DNA of 64,000 nt, from positions 384,001 to 448,000 of the forward strand of contig OY759316.1 of NCBI GenBank assembly GCA_963662275.1, given 5' to 3'. Both the position numbers and the translations under genes were made by a program. Under the pieces are notes generated by a model. That model did no database searches, had not been told where the DNA came from, and saw only the letters and a program-made list of their open reading frames with translations. Positions 28,601-38,300 of the stretch are shown in pieces. Within the stretch, counting starts at the first letter, position 1. Every line of letters starts with the position of its first letter. The stretch is from Candidatus Cloacimonadales bacterium (GTDB lineage: Bacteria > Cloacimonadota > Cloacimonadia > Cloacimonadales > DAONDQ01).

Positions 28601-31600
28601 GTATGCATGAACTGCAATTCATTGCCTGTATGGCTATCCGTGACATTATAGAAAGTCGTGGCACCCGAGATCGTCTGTACACCGCCAGCCTGGTTGAATA
28701 TCACGGTTCCTGTACCGGGTATGAAGCGATTCTCGGAATTCGGATTATACCAATTCCCGCCTAAACTGATGGTATTGCTGTTGGAAGCCAGTTTCCCGGA
28801 ATTGATGTAAAGCTGTCCTTTCACAGTAATCGGGCTTAACAAGTTAAGAGCTACTAGTCGATATTTATTGATTTGCAGATTGAAAATATAGTTACCGTTG
28901 TTGCAGGTCAGGGAATTCTCTGTTCTGCCTATCATTTGCAGTTCCCCTGAAGTCATTTGAAAGGCATTGAGTGCCGTAGCTGTGAAATTTCCACCTACTT
29001 TTAGAAAACCGTCTCCATAAGAACGGGTTTCATGGGCATCCATGATCACATTGCGATATGTGATCTGCAAGATACCCGCTGACATCTGGATTCCTCCATT
29101 GAGCACTGTGTCAGAGCCTTCCAGATAAGCAGGGGCATCCTGGATGAAGGAACCGCCATCGATTTGCAGTAGGGAAGAGCTGGAAGGATAGAAACTGCCA
29201 AGCACGGTACAAGTGCCCGTTCCCACGCTGAGTGTTCCATCTAATGTCAGGTCGGATGTGAGATACAGGTAACCGCCGGTTCCAAGGGTGAGATTTGCTG
29301 TTGCAGGAACGGTCAGAGCATTGATAACACGGGCAGGCTTTCCTGCCAGATCGAGCGTATTATTCGGGTCAATGGTCAAAGAACCCAACACTAAAAGAGA
29401 ATCGGTACTGGCAGGAAGTACATGGAAATAGGGAGTTTCCTGCGTACCTTTGATTGCCAGGTTGCCGAAATGAGCATATAAACTGGAATTTAGAATGGTA
29501 CCACCATAATCAGCCCTCAGGTTCACTTGTGTATTCTCCAGTTGTACGATACAACCGGTTTGAAATTCCCAATTGCCGTAACAATTGATCGTTCCGTTTG
29601 CTCCAGCCATACCTGAAGTAGATGTCCAGATAAAGTCATTGTATGTTGTGAGAGTCCCATGATATTGCATATTCAGTTGACCGGCTATTTGAATACTGTT
29701 CAAAACAGTAACTGTGAAAGTATAAGGCTCAAATTTGCCTGCAGTTAGATGGAAATAGCCATGTATATTCACATCCGAAGCAGCTTGCACTACATATAGA
29801 GATCTTTGGTTTGGAAGCGTGGTGTTCTGACCTTCAGCACGACTGGCAGATTTTGCAATGACAAGATTGTTCAGATAACTCCCTGGAACAATGGAAAGCT
29901 CTGCTTGTTGAGATCCGATCATCTCGATGATTCCGCCTGTAGGCTGGAAATCAGCACGATTACATACGAATTTACCTGCAGTTAGGATCATTCCACCTGT
30001 GATATTAGCCGTAAATAAGTGAGTGTTCGTAATAACAATACCTTTATCCACGAACTCAAAGAGACCGTTGCTCATTGTTAAAGATGCATTGTCATCCTGT
30101 GCCCAATTGCTGTCCGAGTTACCGCCATGCACCATAAACGAACCGTTATCAATCGTGATATTCGCATTCATGGCAATTTGAGCAGCACCGTCCTGGGTAT
30201 AATTGATTACCCCATTTGTCATATAAATGGTTCCAAAGATGCCATTATCGACCAGGTCATGGACGATGAAAGTTCCGCCATAAACACGATATTCGCCCGA
30301 CATCCAGTCATAATAATTACAGGATGTAGTCGTATTGACAGGAAATTGCAGATAGCCACCGCTTTTGTTTAAAATGATCTTGTTGAAGGTTTCACCAAAG
30401 ACAGCCTGGAGCTTTGATCCTGTGAATTCTACAACTCCGTTGCCTTCGCTATAACCACTGGTGCCTATGTTGTTATACCAGTTTCCTTCAATTTTCATAG
30501 GATAACCGTAAGCTACCACAACTCCAGCAGTGATAGTAAAATTTCCTTTGACCCAGAGAGGTCTTCTCAAATTCACAAGGGCGCTGCTCACACTTTTCAG
30601 AATCGTTAGGTCATTAAAATAGCTTGCAGTATCATATTCATAAATATCAGTCGTCGTACTGCCCTCAATATTAACCACGCCATTAGAGAAGTAACAATGT
30701 CCACCTTCCAGATTTATGTAACCGCCACGAAAATGGATGGTACCATAATACAGATAATTAAATGTACTCCCGGCAGTGTTGGAGAAAAGACCGATAATAT
30801 AGAGTTCATTCGTAGAGGATGCGCTGAAATTAACGGCAGCAGGAGCGGTTTTATTGATCTTCAGGTTTCCAAGAGTCTGTCCGGAATTGACGTTTATGGA
30901 TGAATCTAAGGTACCGTTGAATTCCAGGGTGGAATTGGTTAGATTCACAGCGCTTCCGCGATTGAATGTCAAATCTCCCTGGATGTTTATCTTGGAACCC
31001 GTTGTAATGGTCGGCGTGGTTGCATAACTGTAAAAAGTAACGTCACCGTTCACATTCATTACACTGGCTGCATTCGTCAGATTCAGTTCTCCGGCAGTCG
31101 TAAAGTCATTGAGTACATTCAAAGTACCGGCATAGATAGATATCTTTGCACCGACAAAAACATGAAGATCCAAGCAGGAAATGGTTGATGTAATGGCGGG
31201 ATAGTTGCTTAGTCCACCTGGTATTTCCACAACATCTGAAGCTGTTGGTATACCATTCTTCCAATTTAAAGAAACGTTCCAGGAAATACCGTTACTACCT
31301 GTCCAAATCTTGGGCAAGGTACCACCATACTGGAAGGAGATATCATCTCCCGCTGTTCCGATATTGGAAATTTGCAGACCTCCGTCCACCATGCCTTCAG
31401 ATAGGAAACCATACGGGAAGGTGTTTGAATTGATCCCGGTCCTGCCTTCCTGTAAACAATAGTTAGCACTGTTGATGATGCCATCCACGGTTGGATAACC
31501 CTGGGGACGATACACATAGATCTCGTCTTCACCATCTGCATTCCCGTCATGATTGGTATTCACGCGATAGACGATGAGTCCTGTGCCCGGGACGTTGATG

Positions 31601-32841
31601 TCAAACCTACCGGTTTTCTTACGATATTCCAAAACATAGAATTCATCTGGATTATTGGACATCACACGATAGGCAGCCGATCTTGAAGTTGTTCTCGGTA
31701 CTAGGGAATAGGTACCTGGAGAAAATAACAATTCAGGCATAGCTGTCCAATGTCCGTACTTATAATCTAAATATTCCAAATGATACTGGGGTGTACTTAA
31801 ATCATTACACATCAGATCCCAGTATCCCACTGAATTGATCCCAGTGCTCTCATAATGATACAGATCCGGATAGCTGAAAGTATGACTCATTTCATGGCAA
31901 AGAACACCCAGGTGCAGCCCATCTTCAAGAACCAGGTTGAAATCATTGATTCCCTTGCCGTTGATACTTGCATTAGCCATTGATAACGTCCAGCGGTGAG
32001 GCCAGAGGATATTACCCCAGGGATCAGCACCACCTTTGATGATAAAGGTAACATTATCCACATTTCCGTCATTATCATTATCGAGGTTCAATCCGGCAGG
32101 TACCTGGTGCTGCTGATCCAGCCAGTTCATGCAGTCGGCAACCAGATGATGCTCTCTCCATGTCCTGGTGAGGTCATTGCTGTACCCGATGGGATTAGTC
32201 ACTTCATTATAGGGAGAGTAGTATGCCCTGGAATTTTCTGAAAGATAGGAAACAACATAGACGCCTGATGGGTTGGGAAATAAAGTTGTATTAACCTGTG
32301 CCTGGTAATTTGATATTTCCTGGAAGTAAGTTTTCAAAGATTTGGATGTATCGGCGGTAGCATCATCAAATAAATCATGATACCAAGAATAGGTTCTGCT
32401 GTGGGAAAACTCTGACTGGTCACTGAAGCGGATGAAGACCACAAGATTATTCAGATAACCGATGTTATTGACTCTTTGACCGCCTTCCACCAATTTCTTG
32501 CGAAACTCTTTAGAAACTGCTGTCGCCTTTTCAGTGTTGGGATAGAGATTTGGTGTTAAGCTTTTTGTAAGAGGATTATCCCTTCCAACGATGTAGGATG
32601 TTGGCGCAAGGTTTTTCCCTCTTTGTTCAGCATATACGTAATAGCCCGTTGTGGGATTCTGAACGATAGTGTAATTATCTTTATCGAAGACACGACGGCT
32701 GAATTCATCACCAGTAATATGGCATTGAATCTTTGAGCCGTCAGGCTGGGTAATCTCAGTTGGAACATCTTTTAAGTATGCGCCGAAGCAAAATGAAAAT
32801 ACAGACAGCAAGGCTGCAATAATGCTCAATTTAGTTTTCAT
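25690..32841 (-). CDS. Secreted M6 (immune inhibitor A-like) metalloprotease with a long repetitive beta-rich region, CARDB-like domain and Fn3-like C-terminal domain (2383 aa)
   Basis: Signal peptide; QPDG..GDEF propeptide; VVFIRFSD, DNDNDGNVD, LWPHRW, CHEMSHTFSYPDLY, WDLM; PDL..V.I.NN..A.VDE...V.E..ETNN (CARDB-like). Confidence 0.88.
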   Translation of the reverse strand: MKTKLSIIAALLSVFSFCFGAYLKDVPTEITQPDGSKIQCHITGDEFSRRVFDKDNYTIVQNPTTGYYVYAEQRGKNLAPTSYIVGRDNPLTKSLTPNLYPNTEKATAVSKEFRKKLVEGGQRVNNIGYLNNLVVFIRFSDQSEFSHSRTYSWYHDLFDDATADTSKSLKTYFQEISNYQAQVNTTLFPNPSGVYVVSYLSENSRAYYSPYNEVTNPIGYSNDLTRTWREHHLVADCMNWLDQQHQVPAGLNLDNDNDGNVDNVTFIIKGGADPWGNILWPHRWTLSMANASINGKGINDFNLVLEDGLHLGVLCHEMSHTFSYPDLYHYESTGINSVGYWDLMCNDLSTPQYHLEYLDYKYGHWTAMPELLFSPGTYSLVPRTTSRSAAYRVMSNNPDEFYVLEYRKKTGRFDINVPGTGLIVYRVNTNHDGNADGEDEIYVYRPQGYPTVDGIINSANYCLQEGRTGINSNTFPYGFLSEGMVDGGLQISNIGTAGDDISFQYGGTLPKIWTGSNGISWNVSLNWKNGIPTASDVVEIPGGLSNYPAITSTISCLDLHVFVGAKISIYAGTLNVLNDFTTAGELNLTNAASVMNVNGDVTFYSYATTPTITTGSKINIQGDLTFNRGSAVNLTNSTLEFNGTLDSSINVNSGQTLGNLKINKTAPAAVNFSASSTNELYIIGLFSNTAGSTFNYLYYGTIHFRGGYINLEGGHCYFSNGVVNIEGSTTTDIYEYDTASYFNDLTILKSVSSALVNLRRPLWVKGNFTITAGVVVAYGYPMKIEGNWYNNIGTSGYSEGNGVVEFTGSKLQAVFGETFNKIILNKSGGYLQFPVNTTTSCNYYDWMSGEYRVYGGTFIVHDLVDNGIFGTIYMTNGVINYTQDGAAQIAMNANITIDNGSFMVHGGNSDSNWAQDDNASLTMSNGLFEFVDKGIVITNTHLFTANITGGMILTAGKFVCNRADFQPTGGIIEMIGSQQAELSIVPGSYLNNLVIAKSASRAEGQNTTLPNQRSLYVVQAASDVNIHGYFHLTAGKFEPYTFTVTVLNSIQIAGQLNMQYHGTLTTYNDFIWTSTSGMAGANGTINCYGNWEFQTGCIVQLENTQVNLRADYGGTILNSSLYAHFGNLAIKGTQETPYFHVLPASTDSLLVLGSLTIDPNNTLDLAGKPARVINALTVPATANLTLGTGGYLYLTSDLTLDGTLSVGTGTCTVLGSFYPSSSSLLQIDGGSFIQDAPAYLEGSDTVLNGGIQMSAGILQITYRNVIMDAHETRSYGDGFLKVGGNFTATALNAFQMTSGELQMIGRTENSLTCNNGNYIFNLQINKYRLVALNLLSPITVKGQLYINSGKLASNSNTISLGGNWYNPNSENRFIPGTGTVIFNQAGGVQTISGATTFYNVTDSHTGNELQFMHTCTVGNTLFVSNIVYFQDNMTINLLNNNSSTATVEQHYGLTSTIASYDGGGTLRATGLGIIIVNDLVDAGIYGKYYATNGTIELHQDTGSWCDLNGNLYITQNGIINIYGGSKAYEFAYLANASILMDSGQLNFKSWGIKLPLNSYTFNSDISGGVISVVGDIYCYRTNFVPAGGTIEMTGTTDGVLDMAAGSSFYTLRINKGARSGDGSADPIPPLDEGGRGVNLPSSLRTSDFELRNSYDSSLPSSLRTSNFELRTSYDSSLPSSLRTSDFELRNSSDSSLPSSLRTSDFALRTSTRGYTALQTSAITIRGDMQIYSGILQSSYAITVYGNWTNTVGTSGFFEISNTVTFAGNSVDTGLLTSETFNNLVLNNTNASTDAFELAAGQTCTVGGNLTITDGTFEMNDNSTLAVTGNLVISSGAGLNANTDMGLNISVGGNWTDSNGVYNETQGFNPGTSTLTFNGAADQTITNSASVINAYNLIVNKTAGRFIPTKFCKVLGNLTLTRGEWYDSTTGYIHEFSGDVYLSVNGIWNGSRLNTIKLKGGNSQNFFYDCRTSYIYNLTIEKTAATTVLMQYPMVVAMTGTMTINSGTLLMNHKYFRTTGNVTINSTGKISLDSDAWLEVANTKTLTVNTGGYLEVIGASGHLAKITHQSTGNYLFYLASGATLSAEYATFEYMTANGVYLMNGSILDPLHPFSYCTFQNGVAGGTLLKIENNATITIPYASFPTNAGSNAKNVTKAANQGLINMSGASGAFSGASYESDPNNLINWNGPLPDLKIVSMFYNSNNLYVCDANTVDVTIMNNSAVGVGTPIRVDLYYTRASAPTTGTVGNQYMTINSLDAWASATVTFVLVSSDVAGTWTSYAFVDENASVAEAIETNNAFGPSQVIWNALPPVPTPTVSFNTETQKVELNWTYPLPVSRFRIYVDTDPNGTFPNLVMTTETPTYVEERLRPIHFYKITAERDLP
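27713..27927 (-). repeat. Intragenic 57-bp tandem repeat (about 3.8 units) encoding SSLPSSLRTS[D/N]FELR[N/T]S[Y/S]D
   Basis: Units start at 27713, 27770, 27827 and 27884 on the + strand; each is GAAGTNC heptamers plus GAAGAAGGAAGAGAAGAATCA. Confidence 0.95.
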
Positions 32842-33116
32842 ATCATCCTCTTTTATAGACTATCCTAACAGCAATACATGGAGGGATATTATGCAAATGA
32901 GTATTATTGCCATTATGAAATATTAATATAATGATATTAGTGCAGTTGTCAACAAAAAAGAAGCTAGCAGCCTTTAATAAATGAATATGGTTCATTTGTG
33001 GTTCTGATTCAATACCTGACGTTTACACGTTAGCTATGAAATGACACATCTACGATGTTGCAGACCCTTCCGCCAATTTTTAATCTTTAATTTTTAATTT
33101 TTAATTCCTCAAGTTA

Positions 33117-33821
33117 CTACTTGAGGAGTATGCTCCATATGATTGCCCAACAAAAGCTGGAGAGGGTACCTACCAGGTAATAATTACTGAAATTGGATTC
33201 CCTGGAGACTTCAGGATAACGGATAATGGATTTCGCAGCAAACAGATAGCCGATGATCTCAAACCTATTGATCAGGACTGCAACCATAATCAGGATACGT
33301 TCCATAATTCCAATAAAAACGCTGGCATATGTATAATCTTTGCTTTCGGGTTCCTGGCTTGAGGGTACAACAGAGGATATGACTTGCTGGGTAAAATAAT
33401 TCCCGCCAAAGAGATTTACAATGACCAGCGAAAGCCAGCGGAAGGATAAAATCTTACCAAATCCGTCCCATACAATAGTATGCATGTAGGTAACATCTTC
33501 CGATAGCCAGGTTACTACTAAAAGAATGAATAAGATATGCAGAGCTTGATCTGTGAGAAATAGCAACCAGTTTAATGTTTTAAATTTAGCAGTAAGAATA
33601 GCCTTCCAATAGTCAAGCGCGATATGCGATAAAACCAGGAATAAAACGCCTATTACTAAGCTCCAACTCAAGAGATCTATACAGACGATGAATGACAAAA
33701 ATCCGTAGATACTAACATGAAGAAGCAGGTTTTTTAATTCGTTCTTACCCTTGACCATTTCATCTGATTGCAGAACGAAATCCGCCAGGAATAGCGCAAA
33801 CAGTAATCGCCACAGGATCAT
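33117..33821 (-). CDS. DUF3307 family membrane protein
   Basis: LADFVLQ..MV..K, LLLH, SHIALD, FLTDQALH, IGIMERIL, AAKSIIR, YYLVGTLSS; GGGAGG before ATG 33821. Confidence 0.88.
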   Translation of the reverse strand: MILWRLLFALFLADFVLQSDEMVKGKNELKNLLLHVSIYGFLSFIVCIDLLSWSLVIGVLFLVLSHIALDYWKAILTAKFKTLNWLLFLTDQALHILFILLVVTWLSEDVTYMHTIVWDGFGKILSFRWLSLVIVNLFGGNYFTQQVISSVVPSSQEPESKDYTYASVFIGIMERILIMVAVLINRFEIIGYLFAAKSIIRYPEVSRESNFSNYYLVGTLSSFCWAIIWSILLK

Positions 33822-33840
33822 GAATCCCTCCCAATTTGAT

Positions 33841-33969
33841 GTGGAGTAAGATTCCAATCTTACTGAACATCCGACTTTTATTTATTTTGTATCTTTTTAT
33901 TAATTCCATTATTGTTAGATCGATGTCTTGGAACACAACAATGACAGTAAGATCGGAATCTTACTCCAC
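33841..33969. repeat. Inverted pair of REP-like palindromes (family C variant)
   Basis: GTGGAGTAAGATTCCAATCTTACT (33841-33864) and AGTAAGATCGGAATCTTACTCCAC (33946-33969). Confidence 0.8.
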
Positions 33970-33991
33970 AACAATGGCTGCATCAAACAAT

Positions 33992-34095
33992 TCAACATCT
34001 GGAGGTTGCCAAGAGTATTGTCAACATTCAGATGTTGACGATAACAATGTCAACATTTACATGTTGACAAGTCAACATTCAACTCCTGAGGTTGA
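33992..34095. repeat. Four TCAAC-N7/8-GTTG palindromes with exact 29-bp period
   Basis: TCAAC starts at 33992, 34021, 34050 and 34079. Confidence 0.85.
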
Positions 34096-34740
34096 ATTGA
34101 TGAGTAAGCTTACTAAAAAATTCAAACTCTGCTCAAACTCTGCCCAATTAGCGATGCCTAATAATCTACCTACATTCTGATAGGTAGTTTTTAGCAATTG
34201 AGCAGTTTCTCTAAATGTCTTCCCCTCCAACTGGAGAAGTATAAATTCCCTTTGACGAAGAGTCCAGTTATTCTCAATCGCATCCATAAGTATAAGTATA
34301 TTTTCCAGATAGTCATTCAGCGTTTCATCTTCAGTCGTGATATTCGTAAGTCTTGTCTTTTCGCTTTTCCCTGAAATTGCATTCAATGCCTGTCTTGATC
34401 GATAGTACGCAGAACCATCTGATTCATAACTGGAATTTCCAACTACACTTTTCTCACCAATGCCGATACCACAACGGAAGCGTGGCATGGGTTTCATATC
34501 GAGGAGAGAAGTTTGTAAACGGAAAAAAAGGAGAAATTTATAGGCTAGGGAAGGCTCTTCAAGGCTGAACTGGAATTCATCTCCAGCCGTAACACGAAAG
34601 GACAGGACTTCAGCCTGGGCTTCGGAAAATTGTTTACAGGTTAGATCAAAGAATTTACGAATACACTCCTGTAAAAGGGATCTATCCTTCGCTTCATAAA
34701 AGCGGGAACCTATAATATCGCAGGTTAGAACGACTATCAT
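34072..34740 (-). CDS. SatD family protein (cyclase/palm-like domain + C-terminal HTH)
   Basis: VLTCDIIGSR, TAGDEFQ, RCGIGIG, DGSAYYRSR, WT.RQRE..G.T.RETAQLL..TYQNV; paired with DUF3307. Confidence 0.88.
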   Translation of the reverse strand: MIVVLTCDIIGSRFYEAKDRSLLQECIRKFFDLTCKQFSEAQAEVLSFRVTAGDEFQFSLEEPSLAYKFLLFFRLQTSLLDMKPMPRFRCGIGIGEKSVVGNSSYESDGSAYYRSRQALNAISGKSEKTRLTNITTEDETLNDYLENILILMDAIENNWTLRQREFILLQLEGKTFRETAQLLKTTYQNVGRLLGIANWAEFEQSLNFLVSLLINSTSGVEC

Positions 34741-34852
34741 CACTACTCTCCGTTAAATTCTATAAAAAAGTAATTACGAAATGAATAAATCATGTCAAAT
34801 TTTTTCTGTTATTATTCGCATCTCTTTAATCTTAATCTGTTTTTCTATCGCT

Positions 34853-34945
34853 TCACGATATGATTGAGCACATGCTTTTCTTATCTGTTAGCGTATCTGC
34901 TTTCTTTTTCAGTAATTTTGTGAGTACTTCCAGGGTGCTTTCCAT
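34853..34945 (-). CDS. Possible 30-aa small protein (MESTLEVLTKLLKKKADTLTDKKSMCSIIS)
   Basis: Strong RBS AAGGAGGT just upstream of ATG 34945; not in the ORF track (below its apparent size limit). Confidence 0.35.
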   Translation of the reverse strand: MESTLEVLTKLLKKKADTLTDKKSMCSIIS

Positions 34946-35314
34946 GTTTGACCTCCTTATATTCGTATGAAAGATAATATACATTGTAAAATCCAATTCT
35001 GAAGATTTAATGGAGAATTATTCATAATTTATATTTTTATGCCATGTCGGGGTTTTGCCTTCCAGTTTTCATCTAGACTCATTCCATGAATGCAGGGAAT
35101 ATAGATTGACAGTAATTATATGGAAAATATTCTGCAATTAAGTTTGATTTGATTTCAGCAAAGAATTGTATAGACGACAGTAAAAGAATATTCTGCGTTT
35201 AAATCCTGCTCCGATTTGTCTTTTTAGATTGGAAAGCAAGGACTTGGTATCGATACAAACATAGGGTACCAACGATAATGAAACAAACAAGTATTCCTTC
35301 AGCAAGAGGCTAGT

Positions 35315-38300
35315 ATGAATATCTTTAGTAAGGAAGCTTCAGTTCCAAAGCCAAAGTTCAAGTTATCCATTAGAACATTTTTAATCCTTGTGATATCAGT
35401 GATGGTATCAGCACCTGTGCTTATTTCTACATATTTTTCTTTCAGATATGGTGCTAAGTCGACAAAAATCTTAATAATGAATTCCATAGATGTACTCAAT
35501 TCAAACATCCAGGAAGAAATCAGCGATTTTTTTGAGATTCCTGACGAAATAAACAACATGAATCAGAATCTCATACTTGGACATCTTCTTGATGAAAAGA
35601 ATCAATCAGAACTGATGACGTATTTTCACGAACAAATCAAAACACATAATAAAGTAAGCAGCATCACTTTTGCTAACAAAGCTGGTGGAATCGCCAATGC
35701 CGGCATAGATCATGCAAGTAAGCAATACTATGTAATCTATACGGAAAAATTTGAGCGTGGTGTGTTCAATAAATATGCGTTAGATAGTAATGGTAAAATG
35801 ACAGAATTAATCACCCAACTACCCGATTTTGATGCTCGCATCCGTCCATGGTATAAGAATGCCCTAAATCATACAGGGATTGTTTGGAGTGATCCTTACC
35901 TCATGGCAACCGGAAACAATTTGGGTATCAACGCAAGTATGGCAATTAGAGATCATGATAATCAACTGTTGGGTGTTGTATGTGTTGATCTGTTTTTATC
36001 AGATCTCAGCAAGTTTTTAGCACGTTTAGATCTCGGCAAAGGCGCTCAGACGTATATCATGGAAAAATCAGGTATGTTAATCGCATCTTCAAATAATGAC
36101 AAATTGTTTAACCTGGACAGTGAAAATCATATCCATAACAGGATTGACGCATTAGTTTCAGAATCAGAAATAATAAGAACCACTTCCACCCAGCTAAAGA
36201 GAAAATATATAGATTTTAGTAACATCAATCATGATACAAACTTTGATATCACAATTGAAGATGAAGCGTACTTAGTTCAAGTGAAACCATTTAGTGTTAT
36301 CACTAATCAACAATGGTTAATCGTGACAGTTGTCCCCAAAATCACTTATATGGCTAAAGTGTATGCCAACAATCAAATTCTCATATTTATCATGATAATT
36401 ATCCTGATAGTCTCAATTCTGTTTTCCTTAAGATTATCGAGGATGGTCTCACAACCGATTCTGAGTTTGGATAAAAAAGTACGTGCGATATCCCAAGGTG
36501 ACTGGTCGTCTGAACCCATACAATCCCGAATCTTGGAGATAGACGATTTAGCTGTTGAAACTTTCAAAATGAAAACAACAATAAAATCAACCATAGAGGC
36601 ATTGAACAACGAAATTTCGGAACGGAAACAAACTGAAACGATATTACAGGATATCATAGATAACAATCCGATGTCCATTCAAATCGTTGATAAAGAAGGC
36701 TATACAATACAGGTAAATGCTGCACATACTCAGCTTTTCGGATTAGTACCTCCCCCTGACTATTGCCTTTTTAATGATATGTTTATTGAACAACAAGATC
36801 AAAAAGGGTTAATGGAGAGAGCAAAAAAAGGTGAGATTATTCACCTTCCCATCATGTATTACAATATACATAATGTAAATCCTGAATACCCGGATAATCC
36901 CATTTGGGTGAAAGCAGTCATTTTCCCCTTGAATGGGAGTGACGGCAATCCGGAACGCTATGTTTTTATGCATGATGATATTACCAAAATCAAACAAGCT
37001 GAACGCTTAATCATTGAGAATGCAGAACGCTATAAGGTGCTGGCTGAACAAAGTCGTACGATTACCTGGGAAGTGAATGCAGAAGGTCTGTTTACTTATG
37101 TCACACCGGTTATTGAGCAAATATTAGGTTATTCCCCTTCGGAAATTGTAAACAAATTTCACTTTTATGATTTTCATCCAGAAGAGGGTCGTGACTTGTT
37201 TCAATCAGCAGCATTTGAGGTTTTTACCCGAAAGGAATCAATTCAAAATCTGTTAAATGCTGCTCTTTCCAAAACTGGTGAACTTGTCTGGTTTCATACT
37301 AACGTAGTTCCGATCATTGGCAAAGATGGAGAACTATTGGGGTTTAAAGGAAGCAATACTGATATCACTGAACGAATACATATGGAGGAAGAAAACATCC
37401 GAATTCAAAACCAATTTAACCAGTCTCATAAGATGGAACTCCTGGGTCAGCTTGCGGGTGGAGTGGCACATGACTTTAACAATCTGCTTACCGTCATTAT
37501 GGGATATAGTGAGGAACTGAGAAGTAATCTTCCTCCACAAAGTCAGAATCAAAAGGAAGCTGCTGAGATATTCAAGGCTGGCTCTAGAGCAAAGGAACTC
37601 ACTCAACAGCTATTATCTTTCAGCCGAAAACAGGTGATACAAGCCAAGGTGCTGGATTTGAATGCTTTAGTTGCTAATCTGCAGAGCATATTTCTGCGCT
37701 TAATTAAAGAGGATATTCAAATCGTAAGTATTCCGTCAAAGGAAAGTGCTCTAGTGAAAGCAGATCACGGACAGATCGAACAAGTTATCACTAACTTAGT
37801 TTTAAACTCCCGTGATGCGATGCCAAATGGAGGAAAAATAACGATAAGTACTGCTGTTATCGATGACATTACAGCAGTCCTTGAAAACTTTGATCAGGTT
37901 AAACCCGGTAAATATGTGCTTCTTTCAGTATCAGATACCGGATATGGAATGTCTCCAAGTGTACAGAGCAAGATTTTTGAACCTTTCTTTACTACAAAGG
38001 ACAAGGGTAATGGACTAGGTTTGGGGCTTTCGACTGTCTATGGAATCGTTCTGCAATCAGAAGGGCATATTTTTGTGGATAGCGAACAGGGAAAAGGAAC
38101 TACTGTGAAGATATTGTTTCCTATCACAAAGGAAACACTTCCATCAGAACAAGACCCATCAAATGGCAGAGACATGTGTGGTAACGGGGAAAATGTTCTC
38201 ATTGTTGAGGATGAGGAATTACTTGCCAATTTTTTCAAGGAAATGGTTAGCAAGCTTGGCTATAATGTGATTGTGGTTAATAGTGGAACAGAGGCGATTA

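Noticed and set aside
33992..34095. 29-bp periodic array as CRISPR or integron attC sites
   Set aside because: Period too short for repeat plus spacer; no cas or integrase; no attC-type extended stem.
33836..34180. AAC-rich 114-aa ORF as a gene or DGR template repeat
   Set aside because: No similarity to the FGE variable-region candidate; the composition is explained by REP copies and the 29-bp palindromes, and it overlaps satD antisense.
34960..35314. Riboswitch upstream of the hybrid kinase
   Set aside because: A GGCAAAACC-like fragment on the minus strand lacks the rest of the c-di-GMP-I consensus.
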